Of a stretch of DNA of 64,000 nucleotides, positions 19,667 through 30,578 are shown one piece after another. The notes beneath the pieces were generated by a model that saw only the letters and a program-made list of their open reading frames with translations, did not search any database and was not told the origin of the DNA. The position numbers and the translations under genes were made by a program. The first letter of the stretch is position 1. Each line of letters starts with the position of its first letter. Location of the stretch: assembly GCA_009923495.1 (NCBI GenBank), contig RFTJ01000004.1, forward strand, positions 15,899 through 79,898, in the 5' to 3' direction. The DNA comes from Actinomycetota bacterium. Its GTDB lineage: Bacteria > Actinomycetota > Actinomycetes > S36-B12 > UBA5976.

Positions 19667-20696
19667 TCTTGATTCGGGATTGGCAAAACTGGCTCACTAC
19701 GCGATTGAACTTTGTTAAAGAGCTGCCAATTACTGCATGCCCTTGCTCGGCAAGTTCGCAGATTCTTGAATCATTCGGCACAGTCAAAGTCAAAGGAGAG
19801 TCAAGTGACTTTGCAATGGAAATTGGACTTAGGGCCGATCCAGGCAGTTCGCGAACAATTAATTCATAACCAAAAAAATCGGGTCTAGCAAAAATGGACT
19901 TAGCTACCGCACAACTTCGCACGGTGTTTGCGCACAAAACAAATTTCTGGAAATCATTTTCGCGATTTATGGCCATGGCTGGTTGCCAAACACCACAGTC
20001 GATCACCACTAAATCGCAGTGCTCTCGAATTCGACTGATTACGTCGATCTGGTAGCCATCATCAATTGAACTAAAGATTTGAGCATTCGCCAGGATGCGA
20101 ATTCCACCAATTTCTGGGCAGGCGTCAATTATGGCTCGGCCCTTGGCCTGGTCGAAATCAGAAATCAGTTTCGCCCAATTTAGTCCGGAAAGTTTTTCAG
20201 CACCAGCAGAAATCTCTAGACCGACACTTGAAAGATTCAGGTCGACTAGAACAACCGATTTTCCTTGCAGTGCGAAATTGCGAGCAATCGATAGCGCTAA
20301 TGTAGTGGTTCCAATTCCGCCGCTTACTCCTGCTAAGCAAATTACGGGCGCTAGTTGGCTTGGCCGACTCTGTAGATAGTCAATTAACCATTCGCGAGAT
20401 TCTGGCATCAGCACGATGTTCTTTGCGCGGATTTGTGCAGCGATGCGCCATGTGTTTTGAGATGGAGAACCGGCAAGAACTAAGGAAACATCGGATTCAT
20501 CTGAAAGCCACGAACTAACTAACTCAGAATTCTCACCAAAGCCATCAAACTCATGGTCAACAAATATTCTGACTCCAGACCTCGGGCTGTGACCAGAAAT
20601 TTCGCTGAAAACTTGGACGTGAGCATTAGCTAGAGTGGCAATCGCCTCAAACTCGCCAATTAGTGCCTCGTTTGAACTGAAAAGTACAGTATCCAT
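19641..20696 (-). CDS. ssd: Septum site-determining protein Ssd (MinD/TadZ-like)
   Basis: Degenerate receiver-like N-terminus plus GVSGGIGTTT deviant Walker A; first gene of the actinobacterial tad cluster. Confidence 0.85.
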   Translation of the reverse strand: MDTVLFSSNEALIGEFEAIATLANAHVQVFSEISGHSPRSGVRIFVDHEFDGFGENSELVSSWLSDESDVSLVLAGSPSQNTWRIAAQIRAKNIVLMPESREWLIDYLQSRPSQLAPVICLAGVSGGIGTTTLALSIARNFALQGKSVVLVDLNLSSVGLEISAGAEKLSGLNWAKLISDFDQAKGRAIIDACPEIGGIRILANAQIFSSIDDGYQIDVISRIREHCDLVVIDCGVWQPAMAINRENDFQKFVLCANTVRSCAVAKSIFARPDFFGYELIVRELPGSALSPISIAKSLDSPLTLTVPNDSRICELAEQGHAVIGSSLTKFNRVVSQFCQSRIKNDYVRAVA

Positions 20697-20785
20697 AATT
20701 CATTCCTTTCCGAATTTTTGAGAATACGCAAAGGCTTAATTGGATTGAAAGCAAAATTTGGGGCTGTGGACTAAACAGGTATGTG

Positions 20786-20868
20786 AAAAGGGAAGACCTC
20801 CTCGGGGGTTGAGGAGGTCTTCAGTATCGAAACGGGGGTGTCACGACACTACCTACTTGCGTAAGCAG
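20786..20868 (-). ncRNA. 6C-type small RNA (B11/scr3558-like)
   Basis: Minus strand has two adjacent hairpins with C-rich loops (AGTGTCGTGAC-ACCCCC-GTTTCGATACT; GAAGACCTCCTC-AACCCCC-GAGGAGGTCTTC) then CCTTTT. Located just upstream of ssd, the known 6C locus. The 5' end is approximate. Confidence 0.85.
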
Positions 20869-20949
20869 AACTAGCGTGGCTAAGTTTGCGATTTTTCGCA
20901 AGCAGTTAGGTGAAATTGTTCGATGCGATTAGCAAAATATTCAAGAAAA

Positions 20950-21342
20950 TTAATCTTCGAACTGGCTACGAATGGTTTCCGTTGTCGCATTTAGCGAAGC
21001 AATGGTTTTCACTGGACCCCGGATTTGCTTGAAACGACGGATCGCGAACCAAAGTGAAGCGACCGCCAAGAGCGAAATAACCAGTCCCAGAATTAGAAAT
21101 GCTGCCCAAGCTGGCAGTCCTGCGGCGACTAGCCCAAAGCCAGCCGCAACTAGCAGTAAAGTCACGGCGAAATTGGCAAGGCCGAAGGTGATCAGGAAAA
21201 ATGCCGACGACTGCAAACCATTGCGGAAACTCTCTAGTACTTCTGATTTGGCTAACTCAATGTGGCCACGGATTAACGTCGTAAAGTCAGAAACAATTGA
21301 TTCAATCATTTCGCCTAAAGACGCTTTATTGTTATCACTCAC
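20950..21342 (-). CDS. Actinobacterial holin-like membrane protein (phage holin family annotation, core gene)
   Basis: ASLGE...LIRGHIELAKSE, two TMs, P.KTI.SL; conserved acs-nhaA-holin order. Confidence 0.85.
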   Translation of the reverse strand: MSDNNKASLGEMIESIVSDFTTLIRGHIELAKSEVLESFRNGLQSSAFFLITFGLANFAVTLLLVAAGFGLVAAGLPAWAAFLILGLVISLLAVASLWFAIRRFKQIRGPVKTIASLNATTETIRSQFED

Positions 21343-21381
21343 TGTGGCCTCCTGTTTCTAGGCTAGTCGGGAAAATTCTAT

Positions 21382-22599
21382 TCAGGAACTATTTGCCCTA
21401 ATACCCTTATTACGCATTCGGACTGCTAGCACTGCAACAACAATAGCCACAGCATTTGTGAGCGCTATCCCGAACTTGGCTGTTTTTAATAGTTCCGTGT
21501 TGGCATGAAATGAAACTTCCGACACCAACAATGCAACGGTAAAACCAATAGCGGCCAGTGTTCCAACGACTAAAACATCCCACCAAGTCAATGTTGGATT
21601 TAAAGTGCCACGAGTTAACTTCGTGGTTAGAAATGCGCCTAGAGTTACACCAAGCGGTTGTCCAACTACCAGGCCAAATATGATCCCTAATGTCAATGGG
21701 TCGCTAATCATCTGGGTTATTGAGCTGTCGGCCAGCGAAATGCCGATAGAAGTAAAAGCAAAAATTGGCACACAGATTCCAGCTGATATTGGGCGCAACT
21801 TATGTTCGGCCTTATCAGCTGGAGATTCTCCGGCATCACTCTTAGCCCCAACGTTCATTGCAAGGCCAAGTGCCACACCAGCAATAGTTGCGTGAATACC
21901 ACTTTGATACATCCAGTACCATGCCAAAAGTGCAATTGGAAGATTAAGCCAAAGGGCAGTTAGGTATCGCCTTTGCAGTAGGGCAAAGATTGCGATGAAT
22001 GCCAGTGCTATTACAAACTCTTTCGCATTAAATCCCTGATCATAAAAAATAGCAATGACCGTGATTGCACACAGATCATTGACGACAGCAACAGTCAAAA
22101 GAAAGGACCGCAGCTCTAGTGGTAATCCACGTCCCGCGATGGCAAGCACCGCCAGAGCAAAAGCTACATCGGTTGAGATTGGAATTCCCCAGGCGCTCGC
22201 TCCGGCTTTGCCAGCATTGAAAAGTAGAAAAATTCCACCGGCGAATACCATGCCGGTTATGGCGGCGACAATCGGAACTAAGGCTTCTTTTGGATCAGCC
22301 AAGCTGCCTTTAACAAACTCGTGCTTGAGTTCATTGCCGACGACAAAAAAGAAAACTGCTAAAAGTAGATCAGCCGACCAGTGCGCAACCGAAAGGTGAA
22401 GGTTTAGTGCATCAGGGCCAAATTTGAATTTAGTAAATGATTCATAGATACCAGCTAGCGGCGAATTAGCAAGAGTTAAAGCAACTACGGCCGTGGCTAT
22501 CAGTAGCAGACCACCAGTGGTTTCTTCGCGTAAAGCTCGCGCTATCCGACCAGATTCTGGTGGCTGGATTGGCTCTAGAAATACATTCTCCTCAGTCAC
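21382..22599 (-). CDS. nhaA: Na+/H+ antiporter NhaA
   Basis: FFFVVGNELKHE, WGIPISTDVAFAL, IGFTVALL; the canonical DD pair reads ND (AVVNDL). Confidence 0.92.
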   Translation of the reverse strand: MTEENVFLEPIQPPESGRIARALREETTGGLLLIATAVVALTLANSPLAGIYESFTKFKFGPDALNLHLSVAHWSADLLLAVFFFVVGNELKHEFVKGSLADPKEALVPIVAAITGMVFAGGIFLLFNAGKAGASAWGIPISTDVAFALAVLAIAGRGLPLELRSFLLTVAVVNDLCAITVIAIFYDQGFNAKEFVIALAFIAIFALLQRRYLTALWLNLPIALLAWYWMYQSGIHATIAGVALGLAMNVGAKSDAGESPADKAEHKLRPISAGICVPIFAFTSIGISLADSSITQMISDPLTLGIIFGLVVGQPLGVTLGAFLTTKLTRGTLNPTLTWWDVLVVGTLAAIGFTVALLVSEVSFHANTELLKTAKFGIALTNAVAIVVAVLAVRMRNKGIRANSS

Positions 22600-22643
22600 A
22601 CGTACGACGCTACCTGATAGCGAGTCGAATCGATGGCTGCGAA

Positions 22644-24599
22644 CTAATCTTGGTCAACTCCCGCGCTCAGGCCTTGTCCAATTAAATTCATTACTGTTGG
22701 GTCAGCCAGTGTGGTCACATCGCCTAAGGCGCGGTTTTCGGCTACATCTCGAAGTAGCCGTCGCATAATTTTGCCGGATCGAGTTTTTGGTAGCTCGGCT
22801 ACTACCAAAATCTGACGCGGCTTTGCGATTGGACCAATTTCTTTTGCTACGTGGTTGCGCAATTCCTGAGCAACCTCAGGACCATCCTGAACACCCGCAC
22901 GCAAGATAACGAAAGCAACAATCGCTTGTCCGGTCATCTCATCGCTAGCACCTACGACAGCAGCTTCGGCAACCATCGGATTTGAAACTAATGCCGATTC
23001 CACCTCAGTGGTTGAAATTCGGTGTCCCGATACGTTCATAACGTCGTCAACTCGACCCAATAGCCAGATTGCACCTTCGTTATCCCACTTAGCGCCATCA
23101 CCAGCAAAGTATTTGCCCGCAAAACGCGACCAATAGGTTTCAACAAAACGATCATGGTCACCCCAGATGCCACGCAACATTCCAGGCCACGGCTCGGTCA
23201 ATACCAAATAGCCCCCACTTCCATTGCCTACTGATTGACCGTGCTCATCATAAATTTCTGCGCTGATTCCAGGCAGTGGTCGCATGGCCGATCCTGGCTT
23301 ACATGGAGTAACGCCAGGCAATGGGCTAATCATTAACCCACCGGTTTCGGTCTGCCACCATGTATCCACGATGGGGCAGGTATCGGCGCCAATAACTTTG
23401 CGATACCACATCCATGCTTCTGGATTAATCGGTTCACCAACACTGCCGAGTAAGCGCAAACTCGAAAGGTCAAACTTTGCTGGAATTTCTTCGCCCCACT
23501 TCATAAAAGTTCTAATTGCAGTTGGAGCGGTATACAAGATTGTTACGCCGTACTTCGCAACAATCTCCCACCATCGTCCTAGGTGAGGAGTGTCTGGCGT
23601 GCCTTCGTAAATGACTTGCGTAGCACCGTTTGCCAAAGGGCCATAAGCAACATACGAGTGGCCAGTAATCCAGCCAACATCGGCGGTGCACCAATAGATG
23701 TCAGTTTCAGGCTTGATATCGAAAACGGCTCGATGTGTGTAGGTTGCCTGTGTTAGATAGCCACCAGTTGTGTGCAATATTCCTTTTGGCCTACCTGTCG
23801 TCCCCGAAGTGTAGAGAATGAAAAGGGGGTGTTCGGAATCAAATGATTTTGGCTTATGAGTCGTTGATTGTCTAGCAACGAGATCATGCCACCAGATGTC
23901 TGTTGTGTTGTTCCATGAAATCTCTTGCCCGGTGCGCTTTACAACTAATATTTTTTCTACAGTTGGGGCACTGCTTGCAGCTTCATCGACAGCCGGCTTT
24001 AGTGCAAAAGCATTACCGCGGCGGAAACCGCCATCGGCAGTGATAACCAATTTGGCAGATGCATCTTCGATGCGGCTTCGTAATGCCTCAGCAGAAAAAC
24101 CACCGAAGACCACGGAGTGAATCGCACCTATTCGAGCACATGCCAACATCGCAAATACAGCTTCAGGAATCATCGGCAAATAGATTGCCACCCGATCCCC
24201 GTCTTGGACACCTAGTTCAGTTAGCCCATTGGCTACGCGACAAACTTCATCTTGCAACTCTTTGTAGGTGATTACCCTGGTGTCACCAGGCTCGCCTTCG
24301 AAATAAATTGCTACCCGACTTCCATTGCCTTGAGCGACGTGTCTATCTACACAATTAACAGCTACATTTAGCTCGCCGTTGACGAACCATTTTGCTACAG
24401 GTGCTTGCGACCAATCTAGAGTCTGCGACCACTGCTTATCCCACTGCAAATAACTTCCTTGCTGTTCCCAAAATGCTAATCGATCATTTTGTGCTTGGTC
24501 ATAAAGGTCTGCTTTGGCATTGGCTTGCTGAGCAAATTCGGACGAAGGCGCAAAGATTCGATTTTCGCTGAGTAGGTTTTCTAAAGTCTCATCGCCCAT
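22644..24599 (-). CDS. acs: Acetyl-CoA synthetase
   Basis: [31 protein letters not shown]. Confidence 0.97.
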   Translation of the reverse strand: MGDETLENLLSENRIFAPSSEFAQQANAKADLYDQAQNDRLAFWEQQGSYLQWDKQWSQTLDWSQAPVAKWFVNGELNVAVNCVDRHVAQGNGSRVAIYFEGEPGDTRVITYKELQDEVCRVANGLTELGVQDGDRVAIYLPMIPEAVFAMLACARIGAIHSVVFGGFSAEALRSRIEDASAKLVITADGGFRRGNAFALKPAVDEAASSAPTVEKILVVKRTGQEISWNNTTDIWWHDLVARQSTTHKPKSFDSEHPLFILYTSGTTGRPKGILHTTGGYLTQATYTHRAVFDIKPETDIYWCTADVGWITGHSYVAYGPLANGATQVIYEGTPDTPHLGRWWEIVAKYGVTILYTAPTAIRTFMKWGEEIPAKFDLSSLRLLGSVGEPINPEAWMWYRKVIGADTCPIVDTWWQTETGGLMISPLPGVTPCKPGSAMRPLPGISAEIYDEHGQSVGNGSGGYLVLTEPWPGMLRGIWGDHDRFVETYWSRFAGKYFAGDGAKWDNEGAIWLLGRVDDVMNVSGHRISTTEVESALVSNPMVAEAAVVGASDEMTGQAIVAFVILRAGVQDGPEVAQELRNHVAKEIGPIAKPRQILVVAELPKTRSGKIMRRLLRDVAENRALGDVTTLADPTVMNLIGQGLSAGVDQD

Positions 24600-24654
24600 G
24601 TTGCGTCGCTTTCGAACAGAGTTTCCTTAGACATCTTTACAGTATCTGACAGCT

Positions 24655-25176
24655 CTAGTCTGCCGTTTTCTGCAAATTAAGAGACAGGGAACTCATATGT
24701 CGCCAATCATCAACAAGATTGCGAACATTGGCTGGCAAGTACTTATCAATAGTGACCACAACCTTGGAATTGGAAAGTGCAGTCGGGATTTTTGGCAATG
24801 GTGAAGCAATAATTGAAGTGCTGGCAATCCAAATTACCAACGTCCAGCCAGCAAATGAAAGGGCTCCGCCTGAGAGATGATCAACTAACTGAATTGGTTC
24901 CCAAGACAGCGCCTTATTGATTCGCTTTCCGACAAATGCGCCGACTGAATTTCCTAATGAAACTGCAATTATGAAGATGAGGCCTTCGATGGCCCATCGA
25001 GTAGCTGTAGCCTGCGAACCAGCAGCAAAGTTAGTGCCAAGGTAGTGACCAATGATTGCGCCTGCAATGCTACCTAGAATTGAAAAAACTGTAACAATCA
25101 AACCTCGACGCCAGCCGCCGAGGGTAACCAAAACTATGAAGCCCACAAGTACATAATCGAGTGTTGAAAGTCCCAC
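24655..25176 (-). CDS. CvpA family membrane protein (MarP N-terminal half only)
   Basis: GWRRGLI, four TMs, DHLSGG, SKVV; occupies the marP position but has no trypsin domain. Confidence 0.8.
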   Translation of the reverse strand: MGLSTLDYVLVGFIVLVTLGGWRRGLIVTVFSILGSIAGAIIGHYLGTNFAAGSQATATRWAIEGLIFIIAVSLGNSVGAFVGKRINKALSWEPIQLVDHLSGGALSFAGWTLVIWIASTSIIASPLPKIPTALSNSKVVVTIDKYLPANVRNLVDDWRHMSSLSLNLQKTAD

Positions 25177-25189
25177 CGAAAACTCTTTT

Positions 25190-25714
25190 CTAACTTAGCT
25201 TTACAAAATCGTAGAGCATTTTTTTGCTAATTACACCATCATGACGTTTTATGATTCTTCCCGTACTATCGACAACAATAGTGACCGGTAATCCGATAAT
25301 CCCTAACTCTCCAGTTAGCACTTCCTTGGAATCGACATAACTTGGAAATGATGTTCCGTTAGTTTGCATCAATTCGAAAGCGGCATGGCGAAGTGATTCA
25401 CTAGCCTGCGCATCCTGAACATTGATACCGACCATTTTCGAAGCGAGCCTAGGGTCGCGCCAAAGTTCAAATTCCTTTCGGCAAGTTGTGCACCACGAAG
25501 CCCAAAAAGTTATCACAGTTGGCATTGGTAGTTCAGCAAAATGAAGTTTCTCGCCATTGGCTAAGTCAGCCAAAACAACATTAGGAACTTGTGATGCAGC
25601 TGATACAGATTTGGTGGGACCAACTATTGGTGTACCAGCGGAGTCTCCCGCTTGATTTGATATGTTACAAGCTGTCAAGAGTAGGAGTAGGGCGGCAAGA
25701 AGTGCGCGTCTCAT
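25190..25714 (-). CDS. TlpA-like thiol-disulfide oxidoreductase lipoprotein
   Basis: Lipobox [18 protein letters not shown]; ATG 25714 overlaps the nth stop (ATGA). Confidence 0.88.
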   Translation of the reverse strand: MRRALLAALLLLLTACNISNQAGDSAGTPIVGPTKSVSAASQVPNVVLADLANGEKLHFAELPMPTVITFWASWCTTCRKEFELWRDPRLASKMVGINVQDAQASESLRHAAFELMQTNGTSFPSYVDSKEVLTGELGIIGLPVTIVVDSTGRIIKRHDGVISKKMLYDFVKLS

Positions 25715-26442
25715 TCGACACCAGTCTTTACGAGTTTGGCAGCAGCTGCTGGATCCACCGGCCCTTCGCCAAATGATGGACACAATTTTGCTACGGGACA
25801 GGCTCCACATGCTGGTTTCTTGGCATGACAAATCCTGCGACCAAAAAATATGAGGCGGTGATTTAGTTGTGTCCAATCTTTACTCGGCAAAATTTCCATC
25901 AAATCAAATTCAACTTTTACTGGATCGCTGTTTTTTGTCCAGCCGAGTCTTCTTGCTATTCGGCCTACATGCGTATCCACCGTGATTCCGGGAACTTCGA
26001 AGGCATTGCTCAAAACAACATTCGCTGTCTTGCGCCCAACACCGGGCAGAGTCACTAACTCTGCAAGTGTGCCTGGCACCTTGCCGTCAAACTTTGCTTC
26101 TAGTGCGTTCGCCAGACCTAAAATTGAGGTCGCTTTGTTCCGGTAAAACCCCGTTGATCTAATTAGGTCTTCTAATTCTTCACGGTTAGCCTTTGCGAGT
26201 GCCTTGACATCTGGGTATGCGGTGAAAAGTGCAGGTGTTACCTGATTGACTCGCTTATCTGTGCACTGAGCAGACAGCACTGTCGCAATGAGAAGTTGGA
26301 GTGGCGTTGCGAAATCCAGTTCGCATTTCGCTTCGGGGAAAATCTTCCCAAGAATTGAAAAAATCTTCCGGGCTCTAGTGGTTAACTCTTTAGCGGTTTC
26401 TAGATTGGTGCTTAACTTTGTGACCTGCTCTGTCTTTGGCAC
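25711..26442 (-). CDS. nth: Endonuclease III
   Basis: [19 protein letters not shown] HhH, VDTHV, C-x6-C-x2-C-x5-C Fe-S motif. Confidence 0.97.
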   Translation of the reverse strand: MPKTEQVTKLSTNLETAKELTTRARKIFSILGKIFPEAKCELDFATPLQLLIATVLSAQCTDKRVNQVTPALFTAYPDVKALAKANREELEDLIRSTGFYRNKATSILGLANALEAKFDGKVPGTLAELVTLPGVGRKTANVVLSNAFEVPGITVDTHVGRIARRLGWTKNSDPVKVEFDLMEILPSKDWTQLNHRLIFFGRRICHAKKPACGACPVAKLCPSFGEGPVDPAAAAKLVKTGVE

Positions 26443-26459
26443 ACTAGCAACCTTTGTAA

Positions 26460-27134
26460 TTACTTTGCTCGGCCTTGTAGCCGACCTAATTCTAAGATGT
26501 GAACGCTTCGCGTCTCCAGCCTAATCCAGCCTCGGGATACAAAATCTGCCAACGCCTTATTGACGGTCTCACGCGATGCGCCGACTAGTTGAGCAATCTC
26601 TTCCTGCGTTAAATCATGTGGGACGGCACGCCCCGTTGCTGAATCAACACCAAATTTCTCATTAAGCTGTAACAACACTTTGGCTACGCGGCCAGGCACA
26701 TCTGCAAAAACTAAATCTGACATAGTTTCACTATTTCGGCGCAAGCGATTCGCCAAAGCCTGCAGTAAAGACTGGGCAACTTCGGGGCGCTCAGTTAACC
26801 AAGGTCGTAGAACATCGTGCTTCAGGCCAAGTACTTGGACATCGGTGACTGCGATAGCGGTTGATGTTCGTGGCCCGGGATCAAAAACTGATAGCTCGCC
26901 AAACATATCGCCTGGGCCTAGTACGGTAAACAGCGATTCTCTGCCATCACTTGATGTGTGACTTAACTTAATTTTGCCTTCAGTAATTAAGTAGAGCTGA
27001 TCACCTAAATCTGATTCTTGAAAAAGTACGTCACCCTTTTTTAAGGACTGGGAGTTCATTGAATCACGCAGAGCCAATGCTGAGGTTTCATCAAGTGCAT
27101 TGAATAATGGTGCGTCTGGCAAATTACTGTCCAT
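26460..27134 (-). CDS. crp: Crp/Fnr family regulator (actinobacterial Crp/GlxR)
   Basis: [15 protein letters not shown] cAMP pocket; [24 protein letters not shown]; ATG 27134 with GGAG. Confidence 0.95.
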   Translation of the reverse strand: MDSNLPDAPLFNALDETSALALRDSMNSQSLKKGDVLFQESDLGDQLYLITEGKIKLSHTSSDGRESLFTVLGPGDMFGELSVFDPGPRTSTAIAVTDVQVLGLKHDVLRPWLTERPEVAQSLLQALANRLRRNSETMSDLVFADVPGRVAKVLLQLNEKFGVDSATGRAVPHDLTQEEIAQLVGASRETVNKALADFVSRGWIRLETRSVHILELGRLQGRAK

Positions 27135-27232
27135 TATCAACTCCAACTCGCTGGGAAAGCGAATCAACTACTCCGAATAAAGATTCGGTCTAACTTGACT
27201 GTACCTAAAATCCCACAAATTGGCAGGAGGAC

Positions 27233-27700
27233 TTAGTCTGAAACCTCAACAATCAGTTCAACTTCAACGGGAGCATTCAACGGTAGCACTGCCATCCCAA
27301 TAGAGGAACGAGCATGAGCTGCAGCATCGCCAAACACTTCAGCAAGCAGTTCACTTGCTCCATTTATCACCGCAGGTTGATTTGTAAATGTAGGGTGACT
27401 CGCTACAAATCCAGTGACCTTTACAATCTGAGTTACTTTATCTAGATCACCAATCAATTCTTTAATCGCTGCAAGCGCATTCAATGCACACTGTCGAGCA
27501 CAGGCGTACGCAACATCAACATCAACATCAACCTCGAGGATTCCGGTAGCCAATAACTGGCCGTCTTTCATGGGCAACTGACCCGAGGTAAAAATTAAAT
27601 TTCCGCTACGCTTTGCCGGAATGTATGAAGCAACCGGCTTGGCAACAGACGGTAATGTAATTCCTAATTCGGCTAACCGGTTTTCAACAACGCTAGTCAC
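27233..27700 (-). CDS. RidA/YjgF family protein
   Basis: SGQLP, NGASELL, HARSSIG, PVEVE. Confidence 0.92.
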   Translation of the reverse strand: MTSVVENRLAELGITLPSVAKPVASYIPAKRSGNLIFTSGQLPMKDGQLLATGILEVDVDVDVAYACARQCALNALAAIKELIGDLDKVTQIVKVTGFVASHPTFTNQPAVINGASELLAEVFGDAAAHARSSIGMAVLPLNAPVEVELIVEVSD

Positions 27701-27750
27701 AGGTCTACTTTACGCAGACTTTATTTTGTCTCGGTAGGACGGGTGACTGT

Positions 27751-28065
27751 TTATGCCTGGCGCACAAATGCCACAGGATCAACGCGGCCATACTCTTGTC
27801 GGGCACTCATAAGTAATTCACGCCATGAGGTTACATTGCTGCGGCGACGCAATAATGCACGTCGCTCTCGTTCGGTCATGCCCCCCCAGACGCCATATTC
27901 AATTTGGTTGTCGAGAGCAACAGCCAGACATTCGGTGCGCACATTACAACCTGCGCAAATAATTTTTACTCGGTTTTGTGCGGCGCCTTGGACAAAAAGC
28001 ATGTCTGGATCAGTATCAACACAAGCGGCTTCATTGTTCCAGTTGTCATTCCAGTCAGACTGCAC
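27751..28065 (-). CDS. whiB4: WhiB family regulator (WhiB4/WblA)
   Basis: Four Cys, LFVQGAAQN, GVWGGMTERERR; divergent from the PBP gene. Confidence 0.93.
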   Translation of the reverse strand: MQSDWNDNWNNEAACVDTDPDMLFVQGAAQNRVKIICAGCNVRTECLAVALDNQIEYGVWGGMTERERRALLRRRSNVTSWRELLMSARQEYGRVDPVAFVRQA

Positions 28066-28239
28066 TTAAGTATCCCTTCACACTCGACTTCTTTGTCGAT
28101 GTAGCGCACACTATGTGCGTGACCCGATGACATAAGCATCGTACTTTCGCCACATTGTTGTCAATACCCAATTCGGGAATTTTCCAAACAGCAGTGGCAG
28201 TTCTCATTTGCCCATTCCTGCGTTTAGCATGGAACTACT

Positions 28240-30555
28240 ATGACAAAAGCCGAGGATTCAAAAACTTCTGAACCTCGTTTTGGTTTGCTGCTGAAAATGG
28301 CGATTTTTGTCGGCTTTGCGGGCATCGTTGCGGGTATCGCTGCTATCCCTGTAGTGGGAACTTTGGGACTAATTACCAAGAACTCCGCCAATGGTTTTTC
28401 TCAGCTTCCGGCCGATCTAACTGATGTTCCGCTTCCGCTACAGAACACCATTACTGACGCTCAGGGTAATGTAATCGCCACCCTATTTTCGCAAGATCGT
28501 ATTGAGGTTGCACTTGAGAATATCGCCCCAGTTATGCAGCGTGCTGTTATTGACATCGAGGATCAGCGCTTTTACCAACATGCCGGGATTGATGTCCGCG
28601 GAACACTTCGCGCACTCATTTCCACTGGCTCTGGGACCCAAGTTCAAGGTGGCTCAACGATCACTCAACAGTATGTGAAGCAGATATTATTGGCTGCCGC
28701 ACAGACTCCGGAAGAGCAAAAGGCGGCCATTGAGCCTTCGCTTGGCCGTAAAATTCGAGAAGCCCGATATGCCATTGGTCTAGAAAACAAACTATCTAAG
28801 CAGCAGATTTTGCAAGGCTACCTAAACATTGCTTACTTTGGCAGTGGTGCTTATGGAGTTGAAGCCGCGGCTCGGCGCTATTTCTCAACTACCGCTAGTC
28901 AACTCACGCTTACTCAATCGGCCACATTAGCTGGACTAGTACAAAGTCCATCACGTTTCGACCCAATTCAATTTCCTAAAGCTGGTGAACTTCGCAGGAA
29001 TGAAGTCATCTCGGCGATGTTACGAACTGGTGACATAACTCAAGATGAAGCAGATACCGCGATAGCTAGACCCATCTCTGCTGACCTAAAGCCCTCAATA
29101 ATCCCAAATGGATGTGCGAGTTCAAAGTCGCCATTTTTCTGCGACTATGTTTTGACTGTTTTACGAGATGATCCGACCTTTGGTGCCACTCCAGAAATTC
29201 GAGCTCATTTACTTGACGTTGGCGGGCTGACGATTAAAACTACCCTTGACCCTAAGGCTCAGTTAGCAGCGCAGAAATCGGTAGCTCGATATATTCCGAT
29301 CAAAGATCCAAGCCAAAAGGCAACTTCAATCACCATGATGAAACCTGGAACCGGCGAAATAGTTGCGATGGCCCAAAATCGGCTTTGGGGCACTTCCGGC
29401 ATCGGTAAGACGACTATTAATTATGGTGCTCCCCTAAATCACAATGGGACCGTTGGTTTTCAAGCGGGTTCGACATTTAAACCTTTTACACTTGCCGCAG
29501 CGCTTAAGCAAAGAATCAGTCCGTTCAAGTACATTCCTTCACCATCTGGAAAGACTTTTTACAATTTCCGTGATTGTGCTACTGGCAATTTGCGAGAACC
29601 TTGGACGGTAGCAAACTCCACCAGTTCTGGAACATTTAACATGTTGCAGGCAACTGCCTATTCTGTAAATACCTATTTCGTCGGCTTGGAGGAACAAACG
29701 GGAATCTGTGATCCACCGGCTATCGCTAAATCGCTAGGTGTGACCCTGGGCAATGGCCAAGACATTCCAGAACTACCTTGTTTCACGCTGGGCTGTTTTG
29801 ATGTAACCACACTTGATATGGCTGAGGCAATGGCTACTTTTGCTGGACACGGAATACACTGCAATCCCATCGCGATACTTAGTATTACTGACCGTGACGG
29901 CCAGGCAATTGATACTCCCTCGCCAAGTTGTAGTCAGGTATTGGATGAAAAGGTCGCTGACAGTGTTACTGCAATTCTTGCTGGGGTTATTGATGGTCCA
30001 CTTGGCGGTCGAACGGGAGCACAGATGTACTTTGATCGCCCAGCTGCTGGTAAGACGGGAACGACTGATAACCATGCTGCGGTTTGGTTTGTTGGCTTCA
30101 CTCCAGACTTAGCCGCTGCTGTTTGGGTCGGGGACCCAAGAGGTGGTCAACAATATCCGATGAGCAATGTAACGATTAATGGGACTTACTACGCCCAGGT
30201 TTACGGATACTTATTACCAGGTCCCATCTGGCGAGATGCGATGGCCGGGGCATTAGCAGGTACACCAAAGACCAAATGGAGATTGAAGACGCTCTTTGGA
30301 CTTAACGCTGGCGGTTACGACAATTACGGACAGTTTGGTTTATGTCCGAACATGACGGGTGCCGAATTAGAAAAGTGTAATGCAGCTAATAACTTCTTTA
30401 GCTATTTTCCTAGTGCTTCTGCAAGTCCAAGTTCTAATGTGACTAATAGACCAGCAGGAACGCCAACCAGTCGGCCAACGAAAACATCTGCGCCTACAAA
30501 ACCACCGACACCTACGCCGACAGATCCTGCTCCGACCACTGAACCAAACCCATAG
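28240..30555 (+). CDS. Class A penicillin-binding protein (PonA2-like)
   Basis: EDQRF, GGSTITQQ, RKIRE transglycosylase motifs; STFK, SVN, KTGT transpeptidase motifs; Pro/Thr tail. Confidence 0.95.
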   Translation: MTKAEDSKTSEPRFGLLLKMAIFVGFAGIVAGIAAIPVVGTLGLITKNSANGFSQLPADLTDVPLPLQNTITDAQGNVIATLFSQDRIEVALENIAPVMQRAVIDIEDQRFYQHAGIDVRGTLRALISTGSGTQVQGGSTITQQYVKQILLAAAQTPEEQKAAIEPSLGRKIREARYAIGLENKLSKQQILQGYLNIAYFGSGAYGVEAAARRYFSTTASQLTLTQSATLAGLVQSPSRFDPIQFPKAGELRRNEVISAMLRTGDITQDEADTAIARPISADLKPSIIPNGCASSKSPFFCDYVLTVLRDDPTFGATPEIRAHLLDVGGLTIKTTLDPKAQLAAQKSVARYIPIKDPSQKATSITMMKPGTGEIVAMAQNRLWGTSGIGKTTINYGAPLNHNGTVGFQAGSTFKPFTLAAALKQRISPFKYIPSPSGKTFYNFRDCATGNLREPWTVANSTSSGTFNMLQATAYSVNTYFVGLEEQTGICDPPAIAKSLGVTLGNGQDIPELPCFTLGCFDVTTLDMAEAMATFAGHGIHCNPIAILSITDRDGQAIDTPSPSCSQVLDEKVADSVTAILAGVIDGPLGGRTGAQMYFDRPAAGKTGTTDNHAAVWFVGFTPDLAAAVWVGDPRGGQQYPMSNVTINGTYYAQVYGYLLPGPIWRDAMAGALAGTPKTKWRLKTLFGLNAGGYDNYGQFGLCPNMTGAELEKCNAANNFFSYFPSASASPSSNVTNRPAGTPTSRPTKTSAPTKPPTPTPTDPAPTTEPNP

Positions 30556-30578
30556 ACTTTTGCTGATTAGGAGAAATC

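Noticed and set aside
20950-21342. Holin as evidence of a prophage
   Set aside because: Core actinobacterial gene in the acs-nhaA block; no phage genes nearby
25715-25876. Cys-rich N-terminal extension of the TlpA ORF
   Set aside because: Alternative frame of nth; the lipoprotein signal starts at ATG 25714
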